In this document: piece by piece, positions 36,506 through 49,123 of the stretch
Layout of the letters: each line of letters opens with the position of its first letter
Position numbering within the stretch: the stretch's first letter is position 1
Source: Malacoraja senta
Lineage: Eukaryota
Direction of reading: 5' to 3'
DNA: 64,000 nucleotides
Assembly (NCBI GenBank): GCA_038087875.1
Contig: JAXLNO010001453.1
Coordinates: forward strand, 62,001-126,000
Position numbers and translations under genes: made by a program
Notes under the pieces: model-generated
What the model was told of the DNA's origin: nothing
Databases searched by the model: none
What the model saw: only the letters and a program-made list of their open reading frames with translations

Positions 36506-39500
36506 AGTCTTTTCAATCTTTCCTCATATGACAGTCCCTCCATCGCAGGGATCAATCTCGTGAACCTCAATCAGAAGGATGTCCTTCCTCAAATTAGGAG
36601 ACCAAAACTGTACACAAAACTCCAGATGTTGTCTCACCAGAGCCCTATACGACTGCAGAAGAAACTCTTTACTCCCAGACTGAAATCCTCTTGTTATGAA
36701 GGCCAACATTCCATTATCTTTCTTGTAATTGTAAACCAGCATTTTCGGTTCCTTGTTGCTGCAGATGCAACAGCTGATTTTACACCTGCTCTATTCCCAC
36801 AATTCATGCCAATTGAAATCTATGGGGAACCATACGAGGTTGGGGGCGATGAACGGGCGAGGAGAACGTCCATACATTTAATATTTCAGGTAAAGGATTT
36901 AGGGTAGTTGATGTTGGGAGAATGGTTTCACAGTGGAGAGAAACCAGGGAGGGATTGGGATGAGGTGTGGCGGGTGGGAGTTACATGGAAACAGTCCCGT
37001 CGAGTCAACACCGCCACCGATTACCCGTCCACAACCATTTCTATGTTATCTCAGTTTCGCATGACTCTCCCCATACGAGGGGGAATTTTCAGAGGGCTGA
37101 TCAACCTACAAACCCGCATGCCTTTAGGACGTGGGCTCAAACCGGGGCACCCGGAGTTAACACACGCGTTCTCATGGAGATTGCCCAGCAGCACCCGAGT
37201 TCAGGATCACACACGCCTATCTGGAGCTGTCAGGTATCAGCTCTACCAGCCGCGCCACTGTGTATTCCGCTAATAGTGGGCGATTTCCTTCGGCTGCTCC
37301 AGTGTCCTCCCACGAAGGATGGCGATAATCTATCTGCCATTGCCGCGTGGAAGGTAGTATCATCGGTTGGAGTTGATTGGCAGATGAAATTGAGAGATTT
37401 GCAATAGTAAGTAACAAGACTGAGATTCGAGAGATTGCTCAGAGCCGGCTTTAATTCCTCCTGCAGGGAGGGCAAGGAAAAGATGTGAAATCCCCTAAAT
37501 TTATTTTCTCCGCCGATGACGGCTGAGATTTGTATAGCTTCAAATTTGAGTTGGGTACTCTCTCCCCAAATCCTCTTCGCTGCAGACTCTAGTATCCCGA
37601 TTACACCATACGGCAAACACATCCTGTCATTTGGGTCTTGGGTCCTGATATTTAGTTGACAGCGATGTACATGTTGTTCAATTTGAGGAATTCGCTGGGG
37701 CTGCTGGTTTGCGCTCAAGGGTAATTTCACGGTTGTTCACAGCTCATTCTGATTTATTGGCCCCCACATCCTGCTGTACGTTCGGCTCCTCTCTCTTTCT
37801 CTCGCTCTTTCCACCTCCGTCGACCCACCCACGGCCCCTCGGTCCAAACTGCAAACAATCTTTTGTATGTTGGATTCCAGTGGATATCACTCTCTCAGAA
37901 AGGAAGCGGTAAATAAACCTCGTGGCCTTCGTTCAAGCAGTCCGATGGAACGGTCTCCCTGGACACCGACATCCCAAATGTCCCATTGGCGGACAATGGA
38001 CGATAGTGATACGCCAAAGCGCCAATCTGACCATTTCAATGAAGGCGCTTTTCTAAAACGGTCCCATATGGCTGTACTTGGCGCATGTTCTTCTAAATCT
38101 TTTCTAACCATTAATTAGCCCAAATGCATCTTAAGTGTTGTAACGTTGCCGACTACGACCACTTCCTTACACATATCGGCACAGTGGCGTAGTGGTAAAG
38201 CTACTGCCTTGGAGCGCCAGAGACCCGGGTTCGATCCTGACTACGGCTACTTGTCTGTACTGAGTTTGTCCGTTCTACCGGTGACCTGCGTGTGTTTTCT
38301 TCGAGATCTTCGATTTCACCCAACACGCCAAAAAAAGTCAAGTATGTAGGTTACAGGTTAATTGGCTTGGTGTAAATGTAAACATTGTCACTATGGCAGT
38401 TTTAAGTGATCACTGGTGGGTGCGGACCCGATTAGGCGAAGGGCAAGCATCCGCGTGGTATCTCTACATTAAATATCCACCGTGAGGGAACAAATGCGCT
38501 TCACGACGTGTTTGAATGTTTCTCCTCCCTCCTTCGGCTTATGCACTCGTTTGGAGACCCGTGGCAAATATGAAACTCTTTAGCTATTCTACTCGTGATA
38601 CTATAAACCATGAAAGGTCACCTCACGAACCCGTACAGTGAAGGGATGAAGTTCTCAGATCAATCCAGTTTCGTTCTGAATGGAATCCTTCGAGTCCCGG
38701 CAACATCCCAGTAAATATTTTCTGCACGCACTCGAAGTTAACATCATCCTTCCTGAAGTATTGACAGAACTGTATTCGAGAATGATATTCCAAGTGCAGA
38801 AAGAAGGAACTGTATAAGCTACTTTAAAAAAAGATACATAACATTATGTAGACATTATTGGGTCAAACAACATCTCCGGAGAAAATGCACACTATGTTAC
38901 ACATTTAATGCTGCAAACCTCTGTAAATAAAAGTCGAACCTTACACTCCTTTCACCTCCAAAACATTATGGGGAAATCCATCGAGCAACAGGGATATTTT
39001 CATCTCTGTGGTCCTGGCGCTTTTCAGTAATCGCGACCAGATGTGAAGTCTGGTGACTTCACTTATAGCATGGATTTATATACCAAGAATGCCATTCTTC
39101 TGCCGGAACCAACAGGTAATAGTTGGCTATGATTTTGGAACTAGTCATTCTTCTTAGTGCTGAAAATGCATGCTATATATCAATATCAGCCACCGAGCTA
39201 CCCTCAAATGTCTCTGAAATAGAGACGTTTACCTTTTCTCCATGCTAGGTGTCCTTGTTGCCGTGATTCAGAAGCCACGTGATTTCGTGGCAATTGTAAG
39301 TGAGCCCGAATATGTTTCCAAGCATCTAGAAGCGAACCTGCTTGCTTGACATGTGGTGCTGTTAGTAGACGAAAGCTGAAAACGTGTATACTCCTTTCAT
39401 TATAGAACTCACCATCGTCGTACACACATGTTCGTGTCCCATAGTATCAACCACTGCTTACATTGTCTGTACATTATCAGCTCACCGGACTAAATGCGAA

Positions 39501-39880
39501 CTTACAGGTTGAATGGTCTAATGCAAGCACACATCTGAAGACGAGTGGTCGAGACATAGGATGGCATGTCCATGCGCGTCGATTGGCTCTGTCTGCAGAC
39601 ATTGTTAAGCATGGGCAAAGTAAGGGTAAGGGCTTGCCTCCGTAGTTTATAACTCAATAAGCAAAGATTAGAGTTCTGCTGGAAATTAATTCAAACCACG
39701 CAGCCACGTTCTGCACGCTCTCTATCTGTTGTCCCTCAGAACTCTGTCATACTATACCCAGCTGTTGAGCTGAACAAACATGCGACATCTTGCTCGCATT
39801 GCGTTGTGCGTGGCATTCGTTATTGGTAACAACGTTTATTTTTTAATGTTTTCATGTCCTTCAAGAGAGAATTGCAAATC

Positions 39881-40712
39881 TGTAGATTGATGACGCATGT
39901 GAACCAATCACACTTAGCCAGCATCACTAACTCCACCCCACTATAACACTTATACTAAGGCCTATTCCCAGCACCGTCAGTCTGAGCAGCTAGGATGAAC
40001 TGACTACACCTTGTCTTTAAATGCTGCCAAGTTACAGTGCTGATTATATATGTGTTTAAATCATATACTCTCAGGTGTCTGTCTACATGGTGTCAGAAGT
40101 GGCATTAATCCCAAAGAACTGAACACTGCCATTAAGCGCCCACACCATCCCACGAAGACAGTAGAGAATGTTGCGGCAAAGATCGGAACGGTCACCCTAT
40201 TTTCTGTCCGAGATGCAAAGAAACGGTCATACGACAGATCCAGCACACCACTCCAGCCTCTACTGCCGGGCCAGGTCGTCCGTCTATGAACTTCAACTGG
40301 ACATTCTCGTCTGGGCACTGTTGTACGCCCGAGTGATGAGCCGCGATCGTACCTTGTGGACTGTGAGGGAGCGTTATACCGGAGAAATCGACAACACCTG
40401 CTTGCTGTGAAGGAGCCCCGACCACCGCCTGCTGATCCCTATGCTCCGCCGCTCCAGCTCCAGCCGCCTTTCGCAATGTCTCACGCCCGTGGCCGCATGC
40501 CTTGCACGCCCCCCTCCCACGTCCCTCGGTCTCCACTAACCACGGGGTTACACATACAGCATGTTTCCCCTCTCGGTCACCACAAGCCTCTCCCGTGCGA
40601 TTTTCACCTTCAGCCTCTCCGCCTAATCCTTCAGTGGAGGGAGGGAATGGTTGGGTCTGATGCTGAATAAAGACGTGTTTAAATTATATACGGTCTCAGG
40701 TGTCTGTCTACA
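39881..40712 (+). mobile_element. Miniature Gypsy-type LTR element (unit 2 copy)
   Basis: Same TSD AAATC, TGTAGA/TCTACA termini, PBS and PPT as 18481-19312. Confidence 0.88.
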
Positions 40713-43559
40713 AAATCGAAGCGGTCGGGTTAAACATAGAAACATAGAAACATAGAAAATATGTGCAGGAATAGGCCATTCTGCCCTTCGAGACTGAAAC
40801 GCTATTCAATATGATCATGGCTGATCATCCAACTCAGTATCCTGTACCTGCTTTCTCTCCATATCCCCTGATCCCATTAGCCAAAAGGGCCACATCTAAA
40901 TCCCTCTAACTAAATGTTGTGGCCTAGCATAACGGGTCCACAAATCAAGGGGGCACAAGGGAAGATACAAAACAAAATACACAAGGTATGCGTAGTCCTT
41001 GCCATCAGTAAATTTCGTTTGGGATGTAAATGGCCATCGGGATGTTCCCGTTTTCAGTATTAGAGATACAGCACAGAAACAGGCCCTTCGGCCCACCAAT
41101 TTCACGTTGACCAGCGATTTCCGTACACTAACACTATGCTACACATTGGGCACTTTAGTTTCATTCTTGGAACACAGATTCTTGGATTCATGGAACACAT
41201 CGCAGAACAGCGTATATTGACGTCGCAACACGTCTCATGCTTCCCGAAACCCACTGCACCGACGAGGTCCTCTCTCCAGCAGCCGGTCTCCTTACCGGCC
41301 CTATGTCGGCCTCCTCCCATTGTGGGCGGGCGAACCGTGACTTCCGGCTGAGTTCCCGCGCGAGGCGCTTGTTCTCCGTCCTCGGTCTGCGGCGGGCGAA
41401 CCAGGCATACCGGGCTGGTCCTCAGTTATTGGCGATTGAAGTCTGGCCTAGCCAGCGATAGTCTGTCCGTGTTGAGCTGCCTACTGCTGGGTGTGGCCGC
41501 GGCTAGATCACATCTGGGCGCGCTTTGGCCACATTCGAGACACATGCAGGTTTGCCGTTTAATTGGTCTCTATAATTGTTCCTGTGTGCAGGAGAGAGGC
41601 TGTGTGCGTTTACTTGCTGGTCGGCGTGGACGTGATGGAGCGAATGGACTGTTTTCACTCTGTAAACTAAACTAAAGAAAACTCAAGCAATGTCTTATAG
41701 TTCACTCTATAATTCGCTCTCTTCAGAAACGGCACGAAGTTAGATTGTTTTCCTTTCAATGCTACATTATCGTGTAACTGAAATGTAACTAGCAGGTGAA
41801 AGTGTTTTCACCGGAAGTAAAGATAATGAAATGTTTCTGGCTTCTTCTTCGCATTTCTTTATTCTTCCAAGTACTTTTTAGATAGAGAGAACAAAAGATG
41901 AAAAACTCTTTCGGAGACAAAAATATCAGCGAGATTGATACGAATTGATCGGAGAGCACCTTGGTTCGCATTGAATAATTAAAATTGTTGAAACAGAATC
42001 TCTTGTTTGTTTCATATTGCTCATGTTGACAGTTGTTCAAAGAAGAAGAAAGATTCACTTGGTTAACTTGGTCAACACATTCCTATGTATTCATAATTTG
42101 AGTGTTTAGTAATAAATTGATCTTTGGCTAAATCGACTAAACCTATTGTTTTTATTCCTGTATTAAAAGAAGTTGCGCAACTTCTGGGGGCAGATAAATC
42201 TTCGGTAACCCGTCATGGTCAATGTGTATCTGCAACATCAGAGGTGCAGCTGTAGAAACGCTGCAGAATATGACAGTGCCCCAATGCCTTATTTCATCGA
42301 ATCTGCTTTTTAACATTAGGAGCGAACTCTCTCTTGAGTACATTAATTTTATTTTATTGCTAATATTATGCAATCTCCGGTCAGTCACCAATCAAATACA
42401 CTTTACTGATTGCACCTGGCGAATTCTATTTTGAAGAAAAATAAACAGCCTTTATCATTAACCTTCTTTTCCGCCTTCTAACTGCTGCTTTTCCGCTGGA
42501 GATTTCTTTTATTTTCTGTGCAATTGTACATGTTCAGTATCTGCGGTATTTTGTATTTTATTAAATTACGCCATATTGCAGCTGGTCCAAATTCAGCGCA
42601 TCTTCAGCTGCATATGCCATACTTGCAGGGTACAGCCATTGCCTGAAAATTAAAAAAAAAAATAGTTTAACAGCAGGCACAATCACTGTTCATAATCACT
42701 GCACCTCTTCGGACTTCCTGTGGCCATTGCGAAAATAATACCAAACTTCCTAAACCTGGACCAGACTCTGTCTGATTTGGAACTTTGAAAAGCTTTTGTT
42801 GCGTGCTATCCAGTCAGCAGAAAGACAATACTTGATTGTAATGGAGCCATTTGTAGTATTATAGATACATGATAATGGAACAACGTTTATTGCAAGGTGA
42901 AACCAGCATAGCCCAATCATACATAGTGCTAGGGTCAGCATTTAGGTAGATCAGTTGAGGAACAGATTTTTAGTTCACAATGTCTGTGTCGACCCGATAC
43001 CAAGAGCAGCTCCGATCTACCTGCGTGCTACCAATATCCCTCCATTCCCTGCAGATTCATATCTCCATCCAAAACTATTTTAAATTCCCCTATCGTATCC
43101 GCCTTAACCATCAGCCCTGGCAGCGCCTTACATGCACTCGCCACACTTTGTGTAAAACATTGCGCCGCACATGTTCGTTAAATTTTGCCCTTCTTACCAT
43201 AAAGCTGTGACCTCTTGTATATAATGTTTTCCATTCTGGGAAAATCAAAGTTCCGCCAGTCTACCGGGTCTCATAAGTTTACATAACTCGACCAGGTCTC
43301 CCCGCAATCTCCGACGTTCCAGAGGGATACAAATCCAAATATGACCAAACTCTCCCTGTACCTAATACCCGCTAATCCAGCCACCGTGCGCAACTGGGCA
43401 ACTGCGGCTGTAAAACATGCTGCTCTTATTACTTTTTTCCATCTTGCTGAATTGGCAAAGTCATTCACTAATGGCTTTGCTGCCGGTCACCAGTTTGTGC
43501 AGCGTGCTAGTTTAGTTAATTTACATTCGTTTGGTTTAGTTAAAGTAATCTAAACAAAT

Positions 43560-45190
43560 ACAAGTATAAATATAAAGGAGGATAGTAAAAGTTTCTTTAG
43601 GTATGTGATGAGGAAAAAAATAGTTAAGACCAAAGTTGGACCCTTGAAGACTGAAAAGGGTCAATTTATTATGGGGTACAAGGAAATGGCAGATGAGTTG
43701 GACAGGTACTTTGGATCCGTCTTCACCAAGGAGGACAGAAACAATCTTCCAGATGTACTATCCAGATGATCTGGGGTGACGGAGTAACTGAAGGAATTCC
43801 ACAATTGGCAGGAAATTGTGTTGGGTAGACTGATGGGATTGAAGGCTGATAAATCCGCACGGCCTTATGATCTGCATCCCAGGGTAGTTACGGAAGTGAT
43901 TCTAGATATCGTGGGTGCATTGGTGATCATTTTCCAATGTTCTATAGATTCAGGATCAGTTCCTGTGGATTGGAGTGTAGCTGATGTTATCCCACTTTTT
44001 AAGAAAGCGGGAGAGAGAAAACAGTGAATTATAGATCAGTTAGCCTGACATCGGTGGTAGGGAAGATGCTGGAGTCAACTATATAAGATGAAATAGCGGC
44101 TCATTTGGAGAGAAGCAACAGGATCGGTCCGAGTCAGCATGGATTTACCAAGGGGAAATCATGCTTGACTAATCTTCTGGAATTTTTTGAGGATTTAACT
44201 GGGAGAATGGACAAGGTAGAGCCAGTGGATGAAGTGCACCTGGACATTCATAAAGCATTTGATAAGGTCCAACATTGGAGATTAGTGGGCAAAATTAGGG
44301 CACATGGTATTGGGGGTAGAGTGCTGACATGGCTAGCAAATTTGCTCATATTACTTTGAACCCCTTCATCCAAATCATTTATGTATATTGTAAATAGCTG
44401 CGGTCCCAGCACGGAGCCTTGCGGTACCCACATTTTCACTGCCTGCCATTCCGAATGTGACCCGTTAATCCCATCTCTTTGTTTCCTGTCTGCCAACCAA
44501 TTTTCCATCCATGTCAGCGCTCTACCACCAATACCATGTGCCCTAATTTTGCCCTAATCTCCTATGTGGGACCTTATCAAATGTATTCTGAATGGCCAGG
44601 ACACTACATTCACTGGCTCTCCCTTGTCCATTTTCCTACTTCCATCCTTAAATAAAATTCCAGAAGATTAGTCAAGCATGATTTCCCCTTCGTAAATCCA
44701 TGCTGACTCGGACCGATCCTGTTACTGCTATTCAAATGTGCCCCTATTCATCTTTTATAATTGATTCCAGCATCTTCCCAACCGCCGTTGTCAGGCAAAC
44801 TTGTCTATATTTCCCTGTTTTCTCTCTCCCGCATTTCTTAAAAGTGGGATAACATTAGCTACCCTCCAATCCACAGGAACTGATCCTGAATCTATAGAAC
44901 CTTGGAAAATTATCACCAATGCATCCACAATTTCTGGAGCCATTTCCTTAAGTACCTTAGGATGCAGACTATCAGGCCTTGGGGATTCATCAGCCGTCAG
45001 TCCCATCAGTCTACACAACACCATTTCATGCCTAATGTGGAATTCCTTCAGTTCCTTCATCACCCCAGATCCTCTGGCCACGACTACATCAAGACATTTG
45101 TTTGTGTCCTCCTCAGTGAAGACGGATCCAAAGTACCTGTTCAACCCATCTGCCATTTCCTTGTTCCCAATAATAAATTCACTTTTTTAA
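43560..45190. mobile_element. Inverted pair of CR1 fragments (unit 2 copy)
   Basis: Same arrangement as 22190-23815, with the junction palindrome at 44335-44346. Confidence 0.82.
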
Positions 45191-47189
45191 ATCTTCAAGG
45201 TCCAGTCTTCAAGGATGTAGTTGAGGCAGGTATTGTCACAACGTTCAAGAAATATTGCGACAGGTACATGGATAAGATATGTTAAGAGGAATATGGGCCA
45301 CTCGTAGGCAGGTGGGTGTGCAGATGGGGTACGTTGGTCATCGCGGGCAGTTTTGGCCGGAGGACAATGTTTCACGCTGTATGACACTAAAACTATATGC
45401 GAAGATCGAAGAAGAACCAGTCACCTTCCGCTTGTGCAAGGCGCAAGTTTCAGGAGTTAACATCCGAGTCTTCAACGTTACTAAATCTCTCTTGCTCCTC
45501 ATTTGGAAGAAAATTCGGCATATCGACGACTGTCTTGATTATATTGCCTCTCGTGATAACGTTCAAAACTTGAAATGTTTACTCACAACATCGTTCGCTC
45601 CAGAGAAATAAAATATCCTGACCTATACAGTCTCTCTCGGAATTGAACTTCTCCAGTCCTGGCAAAAACCTTTTCATTAATACTCTGCCACTCCCTACAT
45701 TAATGGTATCAATGCTAACATATTGCGATCTGGAGAACATCGCACGTGCGGTCTCGCCTACGTCCAATACCAGATGTTTGAACTCAACTTATACCCATCT
45801 GCGTGGGACTCCCGCAGTGAAATAAGCCCACACCGCAAGCTGGCTGAGTGAAGAAAAAACCATACCATCCACATTCAAATATACTCGCATTGGTTGTAAG
45901 CAGATTGTTTATGAACAAGATGGAGAAATGGCCCTCTTTCCGTGCTGTGTAACATGCAACTACCACTTACAGTGAGAGTTCGTTCAAAATACCTGCCCCG
46001 CCCGCCAGGAAGAGTTGGTGCTGCGTCCCTTCAAATATTTACCGTCTCATTTTAATCTTTTGCCCTCTTTTAGAGACCTACATCCGAGGAACAAAATAAA
46101 ATACCTCAACTGATCACCTTGTCATATTTTAACCCTCCATAACTCCTCATGGTTTTGTTCGCTGCAGAGGGAAAAAGCTTCTGCATTATCCAGTCCATCT
46201 CACAATTCACACCGTCCAATATTATTACCATTTTTTGTGAGGGGAGTTGCATACTCCCTAGTTTAAATGGATCCTTAATGAATTATTTCGAAAAAATAAT
46301 ATCCCTCCTCCTGTGCTGTACTGCTCTGTGGCGTTTTTTCCTGTGAATTGCTTAGTTTGAGTGCACAAAACATGTCACTTCTTTCTTAGGTCACGACTTT
46401 CTTCAAAATGATCTATCCCCAAACATGTACCGCCGGTCAGATTCTCTTTAACCGATTCAGTCGGCTCTATCATCTTGCACATCAACATTCTTGATATCTC
46501 CAACGGATCAATGCATTGAGATTATTTTGCCCTAATATCTGGAATAACATCAACAAGTGTTCACCTCTCGTTTTATGAATTAACACATTTCTTCAAGATA
46601 ACCTGTAGATCAAGAACATTTCTTGTCGATATTTATTTCTGGTCAGTTTCCACGTTACATATTAATATTTGTATATCCTTTAATTCATGAAGTGCCAACA
46701 GTTGAAAGATAGTAATGCTGCTGTTGTAGCTGAATTGTATAAGATGTCGTCTAGAAGGTTCCTGTGATTTACATCATTTGGAACGCTGCCAAAGAATGAT
46801 TCCCTTTTCTTTTGAAAAGGAGCTGCAAGAGGAATCCAGGATCAAACTATTAATGGGTGCATGCTAATGAATGGAACAGTGTCTGAAAAATGCATTACAA
46901 ATGCTACAAATAAAACACTATATTATATCGCAGATTGTGTGGATTAATGCTAAATGACATGTATTTTGCTGCATCTTCGTGTCACACGGTTAAATTTAAA
47001 AATAGAATGTGCAGTCGTATCTTACATTTCCCTTGTGCAGTTGGTACTCAGCTGGTGCCTGAGTAGCGAACGATCGCATAATGAGTTTGATCGCTTTGCA
47101 TCACCAGGGAGCAACCTATTTGTTCAACGGTCCACAACGGATGTCCGCGGGGAGGTGAACGCACGCTGTCCTTCACTTTTTTCTAGGAA

Positions 47190-47197
47190 TATAAATA
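47190..47197 (+). promoter_or_regulatory. TATA box of GPCR copy 3
   Basis: TATAAATA about 80 nt upstream of ATG 47271. Confidence 0.6.
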
Positions 47198-47270
47198 TAG
47201 CGCGGTTTGACTTCTCACTTTGTCTTCTGTAAGTTTTGAACGGCAGAACTGGGTACGGCTTGACGGAGAA

Positions 47271-49123
47271 ATGGGTTGGAAGTGGTATTTGACAGCTGAA
47301 TATTATTATTATCCAATTCTAGCAGCAATCGCAGTACCTGGTAGGTCAATGGAACGTGTGTGCGGGACAGACTTGTGGGATGATGTGTTGATAAAGGCAA
47401 TGTTAAAGGTAAAGTGCAAATAGTGTGCGAAACACGGGAATGCTGGACTGCATCCGTCGTCTATGGATTATCGTTGGTTATATTAACTCCGAGGAACTTG
47501 AAGTCCTCAACCACTTCCACTTCAGCACCGTTGATGGTGACCGGTGATCCATCGCTTTTCCTGGAATAGATAACTTGCTCCGTCGTCTGGTTGATACTGA
47601 CGTTGAGATTGTTATTATCTAGAAAGTTGTGGGAGCAGTTACAGCCGAATTTGGCCGCGGGTCGTAAGTGTTTAGGGTGAAGTGTCGGGGACGGAGCAGA
47701 AATCTTTATGGGGCACCGTTGTTGAGAATAATTGTGGAAGGGGTGTTATCACTGATTATCACTGATTAAGGTATGTTCATTAGAAAGTCGATTATCCACT
47801 CGCAAGCTGGAGTGCTGATCGCGAGGCTCGGGAGTTTATCAATGTGTTTGGATGGGAGTAGTGTTGAAGGCAAGTGTTCCAGCGGAGAAATGGGAATCTA
47901 ACGTTCGCCTCCTTCCTGCCTGGCTGTTACAGAGAAGGGTTTAGGTCCAGGACGATGGCGTCTGATGCGGAACTGCTGCTGCAATATGCAGTCTGCGGTT
48001 CATCAAAGGCGGCTGGGGAGGGCTCACGCTACCTGCGTATACCGCTGATAGCTAATGCGCACATCTCCTTAGCACGCACTGAGGGATTGCAAGTAGTGCA
48101 GTCGTTTTCGACCAAATAAACAAACCGTACCAAAAATTTACCCCCACCCCAAATTAGCATCGCGTTTCCCTTCCATGTAACGACAGTTTCCTCTTTTCTA
48201 CTCCCCCAGTGAACTTGTTGGCGATTGTGATACTGTCCCGCAGAAATTGTGGTCTCTCAAAATGCACCACTCGTTACCTGGTGGCCATGGCGGCGGTGGA
48301 CCTCTCAGTGATTGTCTGCGAAGTGATATTACATCGGATTGCCGACGTTTACTGGTGGGACACATTCTTATTCCACAATACTGTGTGCAGGTGCATTATG
48401 TTCCTCGCTCCCGCCGCCGTTGCCTGTTCGGTTTGGCTCACGGTCGCTTTCACATTTGATCGCTTTGTGGCCATTTCCACTCAAAATCTGAGAACCAGAT
48501 ACTGCACCGAAAGAACCGCGCTGGTGGTTATAGTCACCCTAACTGCGTTCTTCTGTTTACAGAACGCTCCCTGGCCTTTTGCGTACACTTATTATCTCAG
48601 GGATCAGCAGGGTATACAGTGGGGTTGCCGAATACCATATCACTTTTATGTCCTGCCATCGTGGATAGCATTTTCCTGGACTCAACAGCTGCTAATCCCA
48701 GTCATTCCATTTTGTTTGATTATGCTTATGAACGTGCTCACTGTCAGACGCATTTTAGTGGCCAGTCGTGTCCGCAGAAAACTCCGCGATCTCAGTAGTG
48801 AGGACCCCGAAATCGCAAACCGCAGACGGTCCGTAATTTTACTCCTAGCAATCTCCAGCAGTTTTATGATGCTCTGGGGCACAAATGTGGGATATTTCGT
48901 TTACTATCGATGTACGAATGCATTTTGGTACAGGGGGTTGAAGAACCCATTTGCAACATTTGAACAAACTGGAATTATGCTACAACTGTTGAACACCTGC
49001 ACAAACACGCTTATTTACACCGTGACCCAGAGGAGGTTCAGAGAGCAGCTGCTCCAGGTACTCATGTACCCCTTCACCCTAACTGTAAGTTTAATAAAAC
49101 TGAGAAAACCTGGTGTAAAATAA
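47271..49123 (+). CDS. Class A GPCR, GPR139-like, intact two-exon gene, 327 aa (copy 3)
   Basis: Exon 1 47271-47340, donor GTAGGT, 869-nt intron, acceptor ctcccccAG at 48209, exon 2 48210-49123 open to TAA. 16 amino-acid differences from copy 1 by manual alignment. Confidence 0.9.

Larger units (their letters stand above)
23828..45211. repeat. Segmental tandem repeat unit 2 (pseudogene GPCR)
   Basis: Colinear with units 1 and 3. Longer because of CR1, L1 and Rex1 insertions. Confidence 0.9.

Noticed and set aside
37230-37730. 166-aa minus ORF, also at 53482-53982
   Set aside because: Non-ATG start, interrupted by a 4-nt indel in unit 1, partly overlaps a SINE, and has no recognisable motifs.
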